Source: Macrostomum lignano (Eukaryota). From it: DNA of 64,000 nt. The stretch spans positions 62,001 through 126,000 of the forward strand of contig NIVC01000337.1 in assembly GCA_002269645.1 (NCBI GenBank), given 5' to 3'. How positions within the stretch are numbered: position 1 is the first letter of the stretch; each line of letters begins with the position of its first letter. The notes beneath the pieces are model-generated. The model saw nothing but the letters and a program-made list of their open reading frames with translations. It ran no database searches and was not told the origin of the DNA. The translations under genes were made by a program, and so were the position numbers. Of this stretch, positions 19,109 to 32,480 are shown piece by piece.

Positions 19109-20029
19109 AATATCACCAATTCTTTAAATAAAGTAGAAATAAATAGTAAAATCAGTTAAGCTGATTCCGCATCATACTACTCACAGACTCTACAAAAGTA
19201 GTCAGTACTAAATCGAAATTTTAATCCTCTATTTTGTTGACTTCTCCTGATCCTGTATTGGATTTTTTACAGCCAAAGCTGCGCGACTTTTTCAATCCCT
19301 TTTCTAGCAGCGAGCGGCCCAGCGAGCCTCGGCGATCGATGGCCAAGAGTCATAAAAATCAATCTCCCGGATGCCGGCCTCCCAGACCAAGGCAAATTGA
19401 TCATCGAATGCCCGCCTCCCCGATCGGCCCCGAATTCCCCCGAGGCCCCGCCTGGGGCTGCAGCAGGAGAAGCAAAGAGCGGAGCAGAAATCCTGTTGAG
19501 AAGAGGAGAAGAGCCTCTGAGTCTCTGAGAGTGAGGGGGCGGTGCGCGGACTCGGTGGCTCCCTACTTGGGGGGGGGGGTTGCGCCTAGCACCAGTGGCG
19601 CTACAGCCAAAGTACATTAGCCCCCAAAATTTGGGAAACAGGGTGCCAAAGCCAAACCTGTTGTGAGGGGGGGGGCTCCCTTCTCCTCTGGCTACGGCCC
19701 TGTGCTGGGGCGCAGGGATCCCATGGGCGAAGAGTTCAGTTATCCCCTCGCCATTTTCCCACTCTGCATTAATCTCGGGCCGAAAATCTCATATTCTCTT
19801 ATCAAAAAAACAAAAAAATGGTTCCCAGGTGCACATAAATCCCCCGTGTCGTTTTTAGATTTACCGGTCCATGCTCAGTTCCCTTTGCGCGAGAATTCTT
19901 CAAAGAGACTCCGCTTTGGCCCTCTTTGCCGGCTCGGTTTTTGGCGTATAAGTGAAAATTTCCCCTACTGAAGCAGATTTTGTGAAAAATTTGCTTAAAA
20001 AATAGGCATAGCACCTTTCTCAAACATAG

Positions 20030-20522
20030 ATGCTCAAACATGGCACTCCGATTCTCAAATGTGGCACTCCGATTCTCAAATGTGGCACTCCGGTTCTCAA
20101 ATGTGGCACTCCGATTCTCAAATGTGGCACTCCGATTCTCAAATGTGGCACTCCGATTCTCAAATGTGGCACTCCGATTCTCAAATGTGGCACTCCGATT
20201 CTCAAATGTGGCACTCCGATTCTCAAATGTGGCAGTCCGATTCTCAAATGTGGCACTCCGGTTCTCAAATGTGGCACTCCGGTTCTCAAATGTGGCACTC
20301 CGATTCTCAAATGTGGCACTCCGATTCTCAAATGTGGCACTCCGATTCTCAAATGTGGCACTCCGATTCTCAAATGTGGCACTCCGATTCTCAAATGTGG
20401 CACTCCGATTCTCAAATGTGGCACTCCGATTCTCAAATGTGGCACTCCGATTCTCAAACATGGCACTCCGATTCTCAAATGTGGCACTCCGATTCTCAAA
20501 TGTGGCACTCCGATTCTCAAAC
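20030..20522. repeat. 21-bp minisatellite (TCAAATGTGGCACTCCGATTC)n
   Basis: About 23 highly homogeneous units. Confidence 0.96.
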
Positions 20523-21070
20523 ACGGCGTCATTTTCAGTTATGATGCTCCAACTCTCCAAACGGATTCTTAAATATGGTATATGAAATATGAAATATGAA
20601 ATATAAAATGCTGCCCTGTCACCAGTCCGCCCACTTCAGTCTTGTATTTCTTATCCTAATCATTTTAGCGTAATTTTTATTTGCAATCAGGGCTGCAGTC
20701 GTTGGGGGGCCGAGAGTCGCAATTAATATCTTTCAGCTCGACCGATCTCTCCGATATTGCCCAGGACATGGCTAAGCATCGGGGGGGGGGGGGTGACTCA
20801 CGTCGCCCTACTCAAATTCGATCGCGATAATCCCAGAGCGCAGAATTTAATAATCCTCGTGTCCTCGGGCGCGAGACGGACCGGCTGTTTGCTCAAATCT
20901 TGACTTGCTGCTCTACCGATTCGCTCTTTCTCTACTGACACCGCAATCCGATCCAGCAGTTTCCTGTCCCCCTCTGAGCTTTCGGCCTCCTGCAGCATTC
21001 ATTGCATTTGATTAATCTGTCTGCCGCTGAATGCAGCGCTGACCTTGCTTGTGTACCTCATTAGGGACCG

Positions 21071-21307
<237 letters not shown>

Positions 21308-21854
21308 TCTAGCATCTGTGGTGGTACAGTTGCCACTCCCTAGTCAATGAAATTTACCATACGGAGCCACTGAACTCGGGCAGGCCAGCTGGGCTCCGCA
21401 TACCAAGAAGCAACGATTCCAAAGTTTTGTAACAGGCGGATTTCTTGACAGACCAACTGCAGCGACAGATCGACAGCTGCATTTTGGTATCTCAGGCCAC
21501 TCGGTTTATTCTAGTCTGGCAAAAATATTCAGTTAGCCAGCGCAAGACAGTGTCTGCAGCCCATTGACTTCGGTTTATTTTGTTTAATTGAATTAAAAGT
21601 CTCGCGCGGATATTTTTGTGAAGAATTTTTTTCTCGGCAGTCGACAGCAAGCAAGCAGCTGCGCTATCCTCTGCTGAAGCAAAGCAGTGCTTCGCTACTT
21701 CAAAGGCTCAGATTTTGGTTGCAGCTGCTTCTCGCACAACCTGGTGCGCCTGCAGAGGAGGCCAGCAAAAACATGATCGAATTTCTCCGTGCGCTTCCGA
21801 TTGTCGTAAGGTTGGTAAAATTGTAACTCACCGATGGGCTGAAAATTTATGTCT

Positions 21855-22140
21855 GTCCTGTGTCCTCTGCTAGCCCAAACTGTCTCTCTTGTGTCCTCTG
21901 CTAGCCCTAACTGTCTCTCTTCTGCACTCAAACTGTCTCTCTTGTGTCCCTTTCTGGCTCAAACTGTCTCTCTTGTGTCCCTTTCTGGCTCAAACTGTCT
22001 CTCTTGTGTCCCTTCCTGGCTCAAACTGTCTCTCTTGTGTCCCTTTCTGGCTCAAACTGTCTCTCTTGTGTCCCTTTCTGGCTCAAACTGTCTCTCTTGT
22101 GTCCTCTGCTAGCCCCAACTCTCTCTCTGGTGTCCTCTGC
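21855..22140. repeat. 31-bp minisatellite (AACTGTCTCTCTTGTGTCCCTTTCTGGCTCA)n
   Basis: About 9 units, degenerate at the edges. Confidence 0.9.
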
Positions 22141-22599
22141 TTTAAGCCCAATTAAGTTAATAAAATTTTCGGGCCTCTGGCAGAAGCTGCTTGGCAAATG
22201 ATTCAGTCTCCAAGCTGAAGCTAATGAGTGCATCAAGTGTCTGTCCATAACCTCGTATCTACGGTCGTTCTTGTAAACATAGGATTTTCAAGTACCCACC
22301 TGCACAAGACGGGTGCAGAAGCCACATCGAGTCTTTGTCCTGTCGGGTAAGTCTTTGTTTCTCGTTACAAGCAGTCATCTTTTGTCATTTTTCTGCCTTC
22401 CTTCATTAACCATTTTCGGCTTGGCAACAGCTGGAACAAGTGGATGCTTACCTTGAAAGCTTTTGAAGCCGCGGGTTGCAGTTCACTCGCAACGCTGCAT
22501 CAGTCATGCTGGCAATAAAAAATTCAATTCAAGTCCCGGCGCAATGATGACTCATGCGAGTTGAGGTGATTTTCGCTGCTATCGAAAATTTGGGAATAT

Positions 22600-23865
22600 T
22601 ATGAAGCTGTGGGGATTGTGAAGCTTTGGGGATTGTGAAGCTGTGGGGATTGTGAAGCTGTGGGGAATGTGAAGCTGTGGGGATTGTGAAGCTGTGGGGA
22701 TTGTGAAGCTGTGGGGAATGTGAAGCTGTGGGGATTGTGAAGCTGTGGGGATTGTGAAGCTGTGAGGATTGTGAAGCTGGGGGAATTGTGAAGCTGTGGG
22801 GATTGTGAAGCTATGGGGATTGTGAAGCTGTGAGGATTGTGAAGCTGTGGGGATTGTGAAGCTGTGGGGATTGTGAAGCTGTGGGGATTGTGAAGCTGTG
22901 GGGATTGTGAAGCTATGGGGATTGTGAAGCTGTGAGAATTGTGAAGCTGTGGGAAATGTGAAACTGTGGGGATGGTGAAGCTGTGGGGAATTGTGAAGCT
23001 GTGGGGATTGTGAAGCTGTGGGGATTGTGAAGCTGTGAGAATTGTGAAGCTGTGGGAAATGTGAAACTGTGGGGATGGTGAAGCTGTGGGGATTGTGAAG
23101 CTGTGGGGATTGTGAAGCTGTGGGGATTGTGAAGCTGTGGGGATTGTGAAGCTGTGAGGATTGTGAAGCTGTGGGGATTGTGAAGCTGTGAGAATTGTGA
23201 AGCTGTGGGAAATGTGAAACTGTGGGGATGGTGAAGCTGTGGGGAATTGTGAAGCTGTGGGGATTGTGAAGCTGTGGGGATTGTGAAGCTGTGAGAATTG
23301 TGAAGCTGTGGGAAATGTGAAACTGTGGGGATGGTGAAGCTGTGGGGAATTGTGAAGCTGTGGGGATTGTGAAGCTGTGGGGAATTGTGAAGCTGTGGGG
23401 ATTGTGAAGCTGTGGGGATTGTGAAGCTGTGAGGATTGTGAAGCTGTGGGGATTGTGAAGCTGTGGGGATTGTGAAGCTGTGGGGATTGTGAAGCTGTGA
23501 GGATTGTGAAGCTGTGGGGATTGTGAAGCTGTGGGGATTGTGAAGCTGTGGGGATTGTGAAGCTGTGGGGATTATGAAGCTGTGGGGATTGTGAAGCTGT
23601 GGGGATTGTGAAGCTGTGGGGATTATGAAGCTGTGAGGATTGTGAAGCTGTGTGGATTGTGAAGCTGTGGGGAATGTGAAGCTGTGGGGATTGTGAAGCT
23701 GTGAGGATTGTGAAGCTGTGGGGATTGTGAAGCTATGGGGATTGTGAAGCTGTGAGGATTGTGAAGCTGTGGGGATTGTGAAGCTGTGGGGATTGTGAAG
23801 CTATGGGGATTGTGAAGCTGTGGGGATTGTGAAGCTATGGGGATTGTGAAGCTGTGTGAATTGTG
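22600..23865. repeat. 17-bp minisatellite (ATTGTGAAGCTGTGGGG)n
   Basis: About 74 units. Confidence 0.96.
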
Positions 23866-25149
23866 AAACGCCCCAACAAAAGCTATATAGCAATGCGAAC
23901 AGCCAATTGTGGGCCCAGCTATTTGCAAAGGCAAAAAGCGGCGATGGGCTCCATCAGTTCAAACACGCCAGCTCGCTTCCGCTCACACAGGAGCACACGT
24001 GGCGCGGCCAGCAACTAGCAGCGTGTCGGCCCCTGTCGCTGCTAAGCGAGTGTTTGAATACCTTGAGAAAATGGCCGCCAAGAGGAATAGCCCGAACAGG
24101 TGCGGAACAGCGCGCAACTTTTCACCAAGCCTCGGAGGAGATGGAGGCGAGTGAGAGAGGCAGGGAGGGCGGGCAGGTGCGATTCAGACAAAGACTGCCC
24201 CAACTGCTGCAGCTGGAGATGCTGGACAAAATTTTAGCCGGCCACGTGTTCTAAAACAACGTTTTGGAGGAAAATTCTCCCCTAACACCCCACCTGTCGC
24301 TGACACAAATTTGGCAACAGGTGGAGGCGAGGACGCAGGCGGAGGCCCCCCGGGGTCTCCAGTTTCTCACAGGACCCCGCCAGCCCCAGCCCAGCCAAGC
24401 ATCAGCAGGAGAAAGAAAAAAAGCATTTCATGCTTCTCAAATTTTCTCACGCGGCGTCTCAGAGGGGGGTCTCCGGGTGGCGGCAGTTGCCGTGGGGCTT
24501 TGCCACCCCCAACTGGCACCATGGGAAAGCCGATGCCTGCCGCCCATGGGAAATTCTCGGCCTCGGGCCCAGTTGCGATGCGGACCCGGGAAGGGGGGTG
24601 GGGGTGCGCACCTGCGCGGGCTTATCGAGAAACTTTGCTTGGGGCTCTGCTTGGCTTTTGCCTGAGCCAAGGAGACCATTTTGATAGAGCCTGGAGTATA
24701 GCAACTCCTCAGGATTGCTGAGATTTTATGCAGCTTTATAGTGAGATTTTAAGCTTGTTAAAATGAGTTCACTCAAGCTTGAGTTTTGATGGGTTTAATC
24801 AAATTTCAAACATAATCTCTTCTGAAGATGCTGCGGTTCTGGTGAAGACTTGCTGCTCCAGGCTGCCGTTCTGGGCCTCCTTGAAGGGCCGCTGGTCCGC
24901 TGGGAGCGCAGGTGTCCGCGAGCTCTGTCTGATCTGTTTTCATTGCAGCTGCGAGTCTGAATCTCTTCAATCTTGCTGGGCTTGTTGTGGGGCCCAGGGG
25001 AAAACGCTAAGCAGCTTTACTTAATACCGGATCTGCTTCATCTTCCTCTAATTATCTCTCACCTGCGTGTCAGGGGGTCCAGATTCGCTTCGTCAGTTGA
25101 GATGAGCCAGGGTTCAGATGTACTCTGACTGACAGCGCCTGTACTCGGA

Positions 25150-25530
25150 GGGGGGGCGGGGGGGGCAAGTCTCGGGGGAGGTCTCGGGGGCAAGTCTCGG
25201 GGGCAAGTCTGATCGGGGGGGGCAAATCTCGGGGGGCAAGTATCGGGGGGGGGGGCAAGTCTTGGGGGGCAAGTATCGGGGGGCAAGTCTCGGGGGGGCA
25301 AGTCTCGGGGGGGGACAAGTCTCGGGGAGGGCAAGTCTCGGGGGGGCAGTCTCGGGGGGAGCAAGTCTCGGGGGGGGCAAGTCTCGGGGGCAAGTCTCGG
25401 GGGGGGCAAGTCTCGGGGGAGCAAGTCTCGAGGGGGGGGCAAGTCTCGGGGGGGTCAAGTCTCGGGGGGAGCAAGGGGGGGCAAGTCTCGGGGGCAAGTC
25501 TCGGGGGGGGCAAGTCTCGGGGGGGCAAAT
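25150..25530 (+). repeat. G-rich variable-length repeat, G5-9 run plus CAAGTCTC
   Basis: About 23 units, each with a G-tract. Confidence 0.92.
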
Positions 25531-26051
25531 CTCAGAGGCATGCGAGTCTCGGGTGCCAGACCTTTCATATTGCATATAGCCATGGGGAATTTCCAGTTTG
25601 CTTAACAACAATTTTCTAGGCGTCTCTTTGTTCTGGGCAGGGAACCCCGTCATTCATCCGCAGTCGCAACCCAAAGCGCCAATGAATTGAGTAAGGCCCA
25701 AGCAGGTGCAATTATGATGCATAGTTTTCCCTCTAATTAGCCCGAGTCATTTTCCTTTGCAATCGAAGTAACAGCTAGTAAATTGAATAGAATTGTGGTT
25801 ATTTACAATCGATTCCCTGTTTCACATGGCAACTAATCATTAGCTGCAGTTTCCACTCTGTGTAGATGCTAAAGTTTAGCGCATCATTATCAATTAATAC
25901 GAGAACAAGTGTCCAAGCACTGTACATTGTTTACCAACCGTATTTTGGTCTAGTTTATTCGCGAGCTATGAAGTTATACATATCACAAGCAGCAGTGAGT
26001 CATCGAATGCTATTCTCAAGTATTTGACTTCACGTCTGCTCTCCGTCTAAG

Positions 26052-26870
26052 CAGTCTGTCCCTCTCACCCTCCGCAGTCTGTCTCTCTCACCCTCCGCAG
26101 TCTGTCCCTCTCACCCTCCGCAGTCTGTCTCTCTCACTCTCCGCAGTCTGTCCCTCTCACCCTCCGCAGTCTGTCTCTCTCACCCTCCGCAGTCTGTTCC
26201 TCTCACCCTCCGCAGTCTGTCTTTCTCACCCTCCGCAGTCTGTCTCTCTCACCCTCCGCAGTCTGTCCCTCTCACCCTCCGCAGTCTGTTCCTCTCACCC
26301 TCCGCAGTCTGTCCCTCTCACCCTCCGCAGTCTGTCCCTCTCACTCTCACCAGTCTGTCCCTCTCACTCTCACCAGTCTGTCTCTCTCACCCTCCGCAGT
26401 CTGTCTTTCTCACCCTCCGCAGTCTGTTCCTCTCACCCTCCGCAGTCTGTCTCTCTCACCCTCCGCAGTCTGTCTTTCTCACCCTCCGCAGTCTGTTCCT
26501 CTCACCCTCCGCAGTCTGTATTTCTCACCCTCCGCAGTCTGTCTTTCTCACCCTCCGCAGTCTGTCTTTCTCACCCTCCGCAGTCTGTCTTTCTCACCCT
26601 CCGCAGTCTGTATTTCTCACCCTCCGCAGTCTGTCTTTCTCACCCTCCGCAGTCTGTCTTTCTCACCCTCCACAGTCTGTTCCTCTCACCCTCCGCAGTC
26701 TGTCCCTCTCACCCTCCGCAGTCTGTCCCTCTCACCCTCCGCAGTCTGTCTTTCTCACCCTCCACAGTCTGTCCCTCTCACCCTCCGCAGTCTGTCCCTC
26801 TCACCCTCCGCAGTCTGTCCCTCTCACCCTCCGCAGTCTGTCTTTCTCACCCTCCGCAGTCTGTCCCTCT
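26052..26870. repeat. 23-bp minisatellite (CAGTCTGTCCCTCTCACCCTCCG)n
   Basis: About 35 units. Confidence 0.95.
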
Positions 26871-27534
26871 AATTTGTCCCCTGCGACCCCCTGAGTCACC
26901 GAGAAGGCAGCAAGTCCATCCCTAACCCGCGACCTGTCAATCAATCAATCAATCTTGCGAGCTACCAAGGAAGGCTCTGTGAGGAAGAATGCACCTGAAG
27001 TGACCCCAGTCTGACAGCACCGACCCAGGGCAGGAAAAGAAAGCTGAGTGAAATTATTGTTCACTTTAAACTTCGAACTTTTAAAGGAAATATTTCTGAA
27101 CCATTTAACTTGTCACTTATGTAAAAACAGACGTAATTGGTTATGTTATATTTATGAGTCATTATCTTGAAACTCATTCACACAGGATAAAATTAACACT
27201 GAGTTTTATACAACTAATAGGTAATCTAGCTTTTTAATCTGCACTTATTCACAACAAAATGGCAATTAATGTTCAATAAGAATATTGAATTCATATTTTT
27301 TACACAATAAGTACGAAATGAACTTTATCGGTTCTCCGAACAGTTCACAACTTGATGAGGATCAACTCTGCAGACTCCCTGGCGGCACACTTTGCTCAAA
27401 TTGGAGAATTCTGAAAAGGAATTAGTGAGGAAAAAAAGTAAATATAAAAATATGCTTTAAGCACAAGTTCATTGTGTCTATGTGAGTCACTACACGTTTC
27501 AAGATCCAGGTTCAAACCAGTTCTACAGGTTATA

Positions 27535-27705
27535 CCCCTTTTCACCTGTTAGACCCCGGTTTCCCCTGTTAAACCCCGGCTTCACCTGTTAAGACCCCGG
27601 TTTCACCTTTTAGACCCCGGTTTTCACCTGTTAGACCCCAGTTTTCACCTGTTAGACCCCGGTTTCACTAGTTGGACTTGGACCCCGGTTTCCCTGTTAG
27701 ACCCA
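27535..27705. repeat. Degenerate 20-22-bp repeat (AGACCCCGGTTTCACCTGTT)
   Basis: About 8 variable units. Confidence 0.8.
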
Positions 27706-27912
27706 GGTGGCACTTATTAAACCCACGTTCTACCGGTTACTTTACTAATCTTATTTAATTAAATTTGAGTACCAATAAGGCATTAATTTATCATTAACTC
27801 ACAGATAGAAAATAAAACTTGATGAAATGACCAGCTCAAACTCCCAGCAGGTCCGTCATCAGATGCTCACTGCGCAGGAGCATGAAGTGAAGCAGTTTGA
27901 AGCACAAGGAAG

Positions 27913-29295
27913 TCAGTCAGATTTTCGAACGAACTCGCCAGAAAAGGTGCCGCTAAAAGCCGCCGCTGCTGCTGCCGCTGATCGGTGTGACTGTGGGAAA
28001 AATTTATTGTATGCACCTTTATTTGTCGTTCATCTCACTGTTTTTAGGTCTTTCTGTAGAGCAGGCGGCCTCTCATTGAAGGACCGTTTGGGTCAGTGGC
28101 GGCTTCTCACTGAAGGGCCGTTTGGGACAGTGGCGGCCTCTCACTGAAGGACTGTTTGGGACAGTGGCAGCCTCTCACTGAAGGACCGTTTGGGACAGTG
28201 GCGGCCTCTCACTGAAGGACTGTTTGGGACAGTGGCAGCCTCTCACTGAAGGACTGTTTGGGTCAGTGGCAGCCTCTCACTGAAGGACCGTTTGGGACAG
28301 TGGCAGCCTCTCACTGAAGGACTGTTTGGGACAGTGGCAGCCTCTCACTGAAGGACTGTTTGGGACAGTGGCAGCCTCTCACTGAAGGACTGTTTGGGAC
28401 AGTGGCGGCTTCTCACTGAAGGACTGTTTGGGACAGTGGCAGCCTCTCACTGAAGGACCGTTTGGGACAGTGGCAGCCTCTCACTGAAGGACTGTTTGGG
28501 TCAGTGGCGGCTTCTCACTGAAGGACTGTTTGGGACAGTGGCAGCCTCTCACTGAAGGACTGTTTGGGACAGTGGCGGCTTCTCACTGAAGGACTGTTTG
28601 GGACAGTGGCAGCCTCTCACTGAAGGACCGTTTGGGACAGTGGCAGCCTCTCACTGAAGGACCGTTTGGGACAGTGGCAGCCTCTCACTGAAGGACCGTT
28701 TGGGACAGTGGCGGCCTCTCACTGAAGGACTGTTTGGGACAGTGGCGGCCTCTCACTGAAGGACTGTTTGGGTCAGTGGCGGCTTCTCACTACAGCACAT
28801 TTGTTTTAGTGACCCAGGGAGATTTCTCCCAACACCCTAACTGCCCAGCAGTGGCTCCAGTGGTGCACTCACATTCAACAGGATCATCTGTTGCTGGGCT
28901 GGCGTCTCCGCATTTGTCGCCGAGTTGACATCGGCAAACGGCCGTCTGACAGAGGCAGCGGCAGCCGCGGCGGCGAAGGACTGCTGCAGGGCGGCGCGGT
29001 AGAAGTCCCCGGTCAGCTGGTCGGTGAGCTGCTCCTCCAAGTCGATGATGTAATCGATGGCGGCCTGAAGGATCTGCAGCTGGCCGCGGTGGCACTCGGA
29101 ACTGACGCCAGCCTTGGACAGCCACGGGATGGACTGGTGCAGCTGCTCAAAGCTCGCCACAACGTCGAACATCTGCTCGCTGGCAAAATCGGCTCCGTTG
29201 AAGTTCTCGGACTGGCAGCAGTTTGGCGCAGTGCCGGGTTTCACAGTCAGTGATGCAGATCCGGAGGCTGGAAGATCGGTGTACTCGGCGTCCAT
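27913..29295 (-). CDS. emc: Id/extramacrochaetae-like HLH inhibitor (exons 29295-28873 and 27990-27913; 166 aa)
   Basis: HLH without basic region (FEQLHQSIP...QLQILQAAIDYIIDLEEQL); RRPFADVN resembles the Id RTPLTTLN motif; donor AAT|GTGAGT and acceptor cccacag|TCA are both phase 0. Confidence 0.8.
28065..28790. repeat. 34-bp intronic minisatellite (CCTCTCACTGAAGGACTGTTTGGGACAGTGGCAG)n
   Basis: About 21 units filling the emc-like intron. Confidence 0.95.
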
Positions 29296-29439
29296 GTCGA
29301 TCCTCTGCTGTTGCTGGCTTTGTTGAACCTTGGGAAAGTGGAGTAAAGTAGAGTGAAGGAGAGTGGGATCTGGGAGACTTAGCTAGCGCGAGAGACGGTC
29401 AGAGGGTGCAGGAAGGCAGAGAGTCAAGGACGGCTGAAC

Positions 29440-29590
29440 TGGGATGGGGAGGCCTTCCTTTATGCCCGAAGTGAAAGGGAGGGAGGGGGGGTTGGGCCTA
29501 GGCCAGCCAATGCCGGTTGGGGGGGGGGGCTGCAGCCCAGCCAGTGCTTGGCAATTTCCTGCACTCCGGATGCCGATTGCGGCCAGGGCG
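29440..29590 (-). promoter_or_regulatory. Putative core promoter of the Id/emc-like gene
   Basis: TATA-like GCATAAAG on the minus strand near 29458-29465; CCAAT-type boxes near 29506 and 29575; GC-rich context. Confidence 0.45.
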
Positions 29591-31163
29591 GGCGGGCCAT
29601 GGAGTTTAGAATACAGAATCTGGAGCGGAAGTGTTCCTCTCTTACCTCAAAAAGTGAATGCAATTGTAAATTAGCTTGTAAATTGAATTGCGCATCTATG
29701 TTATAACTGTCACACAACAAAAGACTTCTTGAAGTTCTTCTAGAAATTTATAAAACAACTATAACTATAATAATCGTTTCATGATGCTGCGTGTGCTTCA
29801 GACGAGACCAGTTTCCACTCCAGACACTTGCTAGCAAGCAGTCCCTGGCCCCGGCGTACGCAAGGGGGGTAGAGAAGGGAAGGTCAGGCATGGAGGCACC
29901 AGCTGGCACTTTGCTTGCTTCCCATCACACTCGGCACGATGTGAGGAGAGAGAGAGAGAGAGAGAGTGAGTGAGTGGGAGAGAGGGGAGTGAATGAAACA
30001 CCGGGGTAAAATCGGGATTTTGGAATCCCGCTTAACAGCCCACCTGCACCTGCTTCCCTCCCTTTGCATCCTGCTTGCGATGGGAGAAATATGCGACTGT
30101 CGGAGTTCCGCGACGGAGTTCCATGCATAATGCAGGCGCGGGGGGCCGGGCCAGGGGACGGGGCCAGGTGCGCGACGGAGGATGGGGCCGCCAAACCTTT
30201 GCCACTCGCGCAGCTCCTCGCAGTCCCACGCCCTGCCGCAAGTTCATCCGCGCATTTCCAAACACTTTGGCCCTGGGCTGTGGGAAACTCACCAAAAGGG
30301 TCCTCCGCAGGGGAGAGACCGCTGAAAATTTATGTTCAGAACCTGTTCTCTCACGACAGCAGCTTTTCTAACAACTCTGGATGAGTCAACACCTAGATAG
30401 ACAACTGAGTTACCTGTCTCAGGATTACCTAATCTATATGACTCTACTTCTCACCCACTCTACTTCCCTAGCACTCTACTTCTCAGCCACTCTATTGCCG
30501 ACCTAATCTAATTTTAACTACTCATATTTCTACTCTTCTCACTATCTCTACTCTACTTCTCATCATCTCGTTTGCAAACTGCCCGAGCAAGCTAAGGACA
30601 TGCAGCAATGTCTGGCCCCTAAAGTCCCAGTCTAAAGTCAGACACTGCAGTGACCGCCGATATTTGATCTGGCTGGGCTCCCACCTCCCTCCCTCCATCC
30701 TCTTTCTCTTAGTTTCTGACAGGCGCAGTCTGGTGAGAAAAAACTTCATTTTCCAAGAAACTCGACCCAGACTTGACTGACATGAAACCAACCGGAAGTT
30801 GCTATCGGAGGACCGGAAGCTCCAGGGCTGCTAATGAATTCTGAAACACGCCCGCGATCTTTGTGGCTCCCGCTGTCGCTGCGGCGAAATATTCAGAAGC
30901 TGAAATATTCAGAGAAGTTTAGCTGAAAACCTTTTGTGATTGAACCTTCATAAGTTCAACTATCTATAACACTGGCTGATATGGAGTTGAAGGGAGATGG
31001 CTGACACCCCCCCCCCCGAGAAAGTTAGGGGTGGTCATGACCCCCCCCCCTCGAGAAAACAGAAAAATGTCTATTCCAATCGTCACTAGATTTCAATTTG
31101 TGGCATTGAAGTCCAGAGAGTTATGCAAAGTTACAAGCTGTCATATTAACTCAAAGTTAAGAT

Positions 31164-31235
31164 CAATGGCGGATCCAGGGAGGGGGGGGGGTCAAGGGGG
31201 TCATGACCCCCGGAAAAATCCTGGATCCGCCTCTG
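31164..31235. mobile_element. 72-bp palindromic mini-element (CAATGGCGGATCCAGG ... CCTGGATCCGCCTCTG)
   Basis: About 16-bp terminal inverted repeats around a G-rich core; no clear TSD. Confidence 0.55.
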
Positions 31236-31947
31236 GTCCATAAGCTTGAAACTTCATCGATTGTTAAACGAGCTCGAATTCGGGGCCAGTTTCACCATTT
31301 CGCAAAGCATGGCAGCCGCCTGCCGCAGATTCCGGCAACCCCCCCCCCCCCCCAGAGTCGGGCGCCGCCCATGCAGCTGTGCCCGGGTGGCTGGCTTCCA
31401 TCAAGCGCATGTGTTGCGCAGATAAGCCGCCAGAGCCAGGCTCTTCTTAGCTTCATCAGGCCATCAGCTGCGCGCCCTCGTGAATACACGGAACAGCTGC
31501 GGCGGGCAGCTGAAAGCAAGGGATTGAGCGCTGGCTATCAGAGAGCAGGGAGCGCCGCCTGAATGCATGGGGCTCTCCCGCGTGGAGTGGGGGGATAATT
31601 ATCCCAAACGAAGCGGTGGTCTGTGGCTGGGCCCATCATCATCATTGGGCATTGTTGTGCTTGCCTTTGCCACTCAGCTCGGGTGTCCCGGGTGCCAGGT
31701 GACATCTGTCTCCCCCGGCTTACGACGAAACATTTGTTTGTCGCATTTCCCTTCATCCGCAGCTTCCAAACAGAATTTTCATCTCTCGCCGCGCTTTGAA
31801 ATCCTTCACCGGCCCGCGCCGCGCACAGCTGTTCCAAAGGGCGAGGAGCTGGCCAGCTGGCGGCAGGCGAAATTGGAAAATAAATTTTCATTTTCCGGAG
31901 AATAGGAGCTCGCGTTCTCGTCTCTTAGCCTTAGCGTCATGTCCCTT

Positions 31948-32480
31948 ATGCTCTATCCAGATCCTCAGCGCTCTATCCAGATCCTCAGTGCTCTATCAGG
32001 ATCCTCAGTGCTCTATCCAGATCCTCAGTGCTCTATCCAGATCCTCAGCACTCTATCCAGATCCTCAGTGCTCTATCCAGATCCTCAGTGCTCCATCCAG
32101 ATCCTCAGTGCTCTATCTAGATCCTCAGTGCTCTATCCAGATCCTCAATGCTCTATCTAGATCCTCAGTGCTCTATCCAAATCCTCAGTGCTCTATCCAG
32201 ATCCTCAGTGCTCTATCCAGATCCTCAATGCTCTATCTAGATCCTCAGTGCTCTATCCAGATCCTCAGCGCTCTATCCAGATCCTCAGTGCTCTATCCAG
32301 ATCCTCAGCGCTCTATCCAGATCCTCAGTGCTCTATCCAGATCCTCAATGCTCTATCTAGATCCTCAGTGCTCTATCCAGATCCTCAGTGCTCTATCCAG
32401 ATCCTCAGTGCTCTATCCAGATCCTCAGCGCTCTATCCAGATCCTCAGTGCTCTATCCAGATCCTCAGCGCTCTATCCAG
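31948..32480. repeat. 20-bp minisatellite (GCTCTATCCAGATCCTCAGT)n
   Basis: About 26 units. Confidence 0.95.

Noticed and set aside
4614-19159. Long Cys-rich ORFs (MSACGYK / QNECLRL) over the 21-bp satellite
   Set aside because: Translations of a stop-free satellite; frames switch mid-array, there is no signal peptide or splice context, and the array is interrupted by a retrotransposon.
19234-19971. GC-rich ORFs and partial CAGGGCCGTAGCCAG-type terminus
   Set aside because: No matching second terminus or TSD found and no protein motif; likely fragmented non-autonomous transposon DNA that I cannot delimit.
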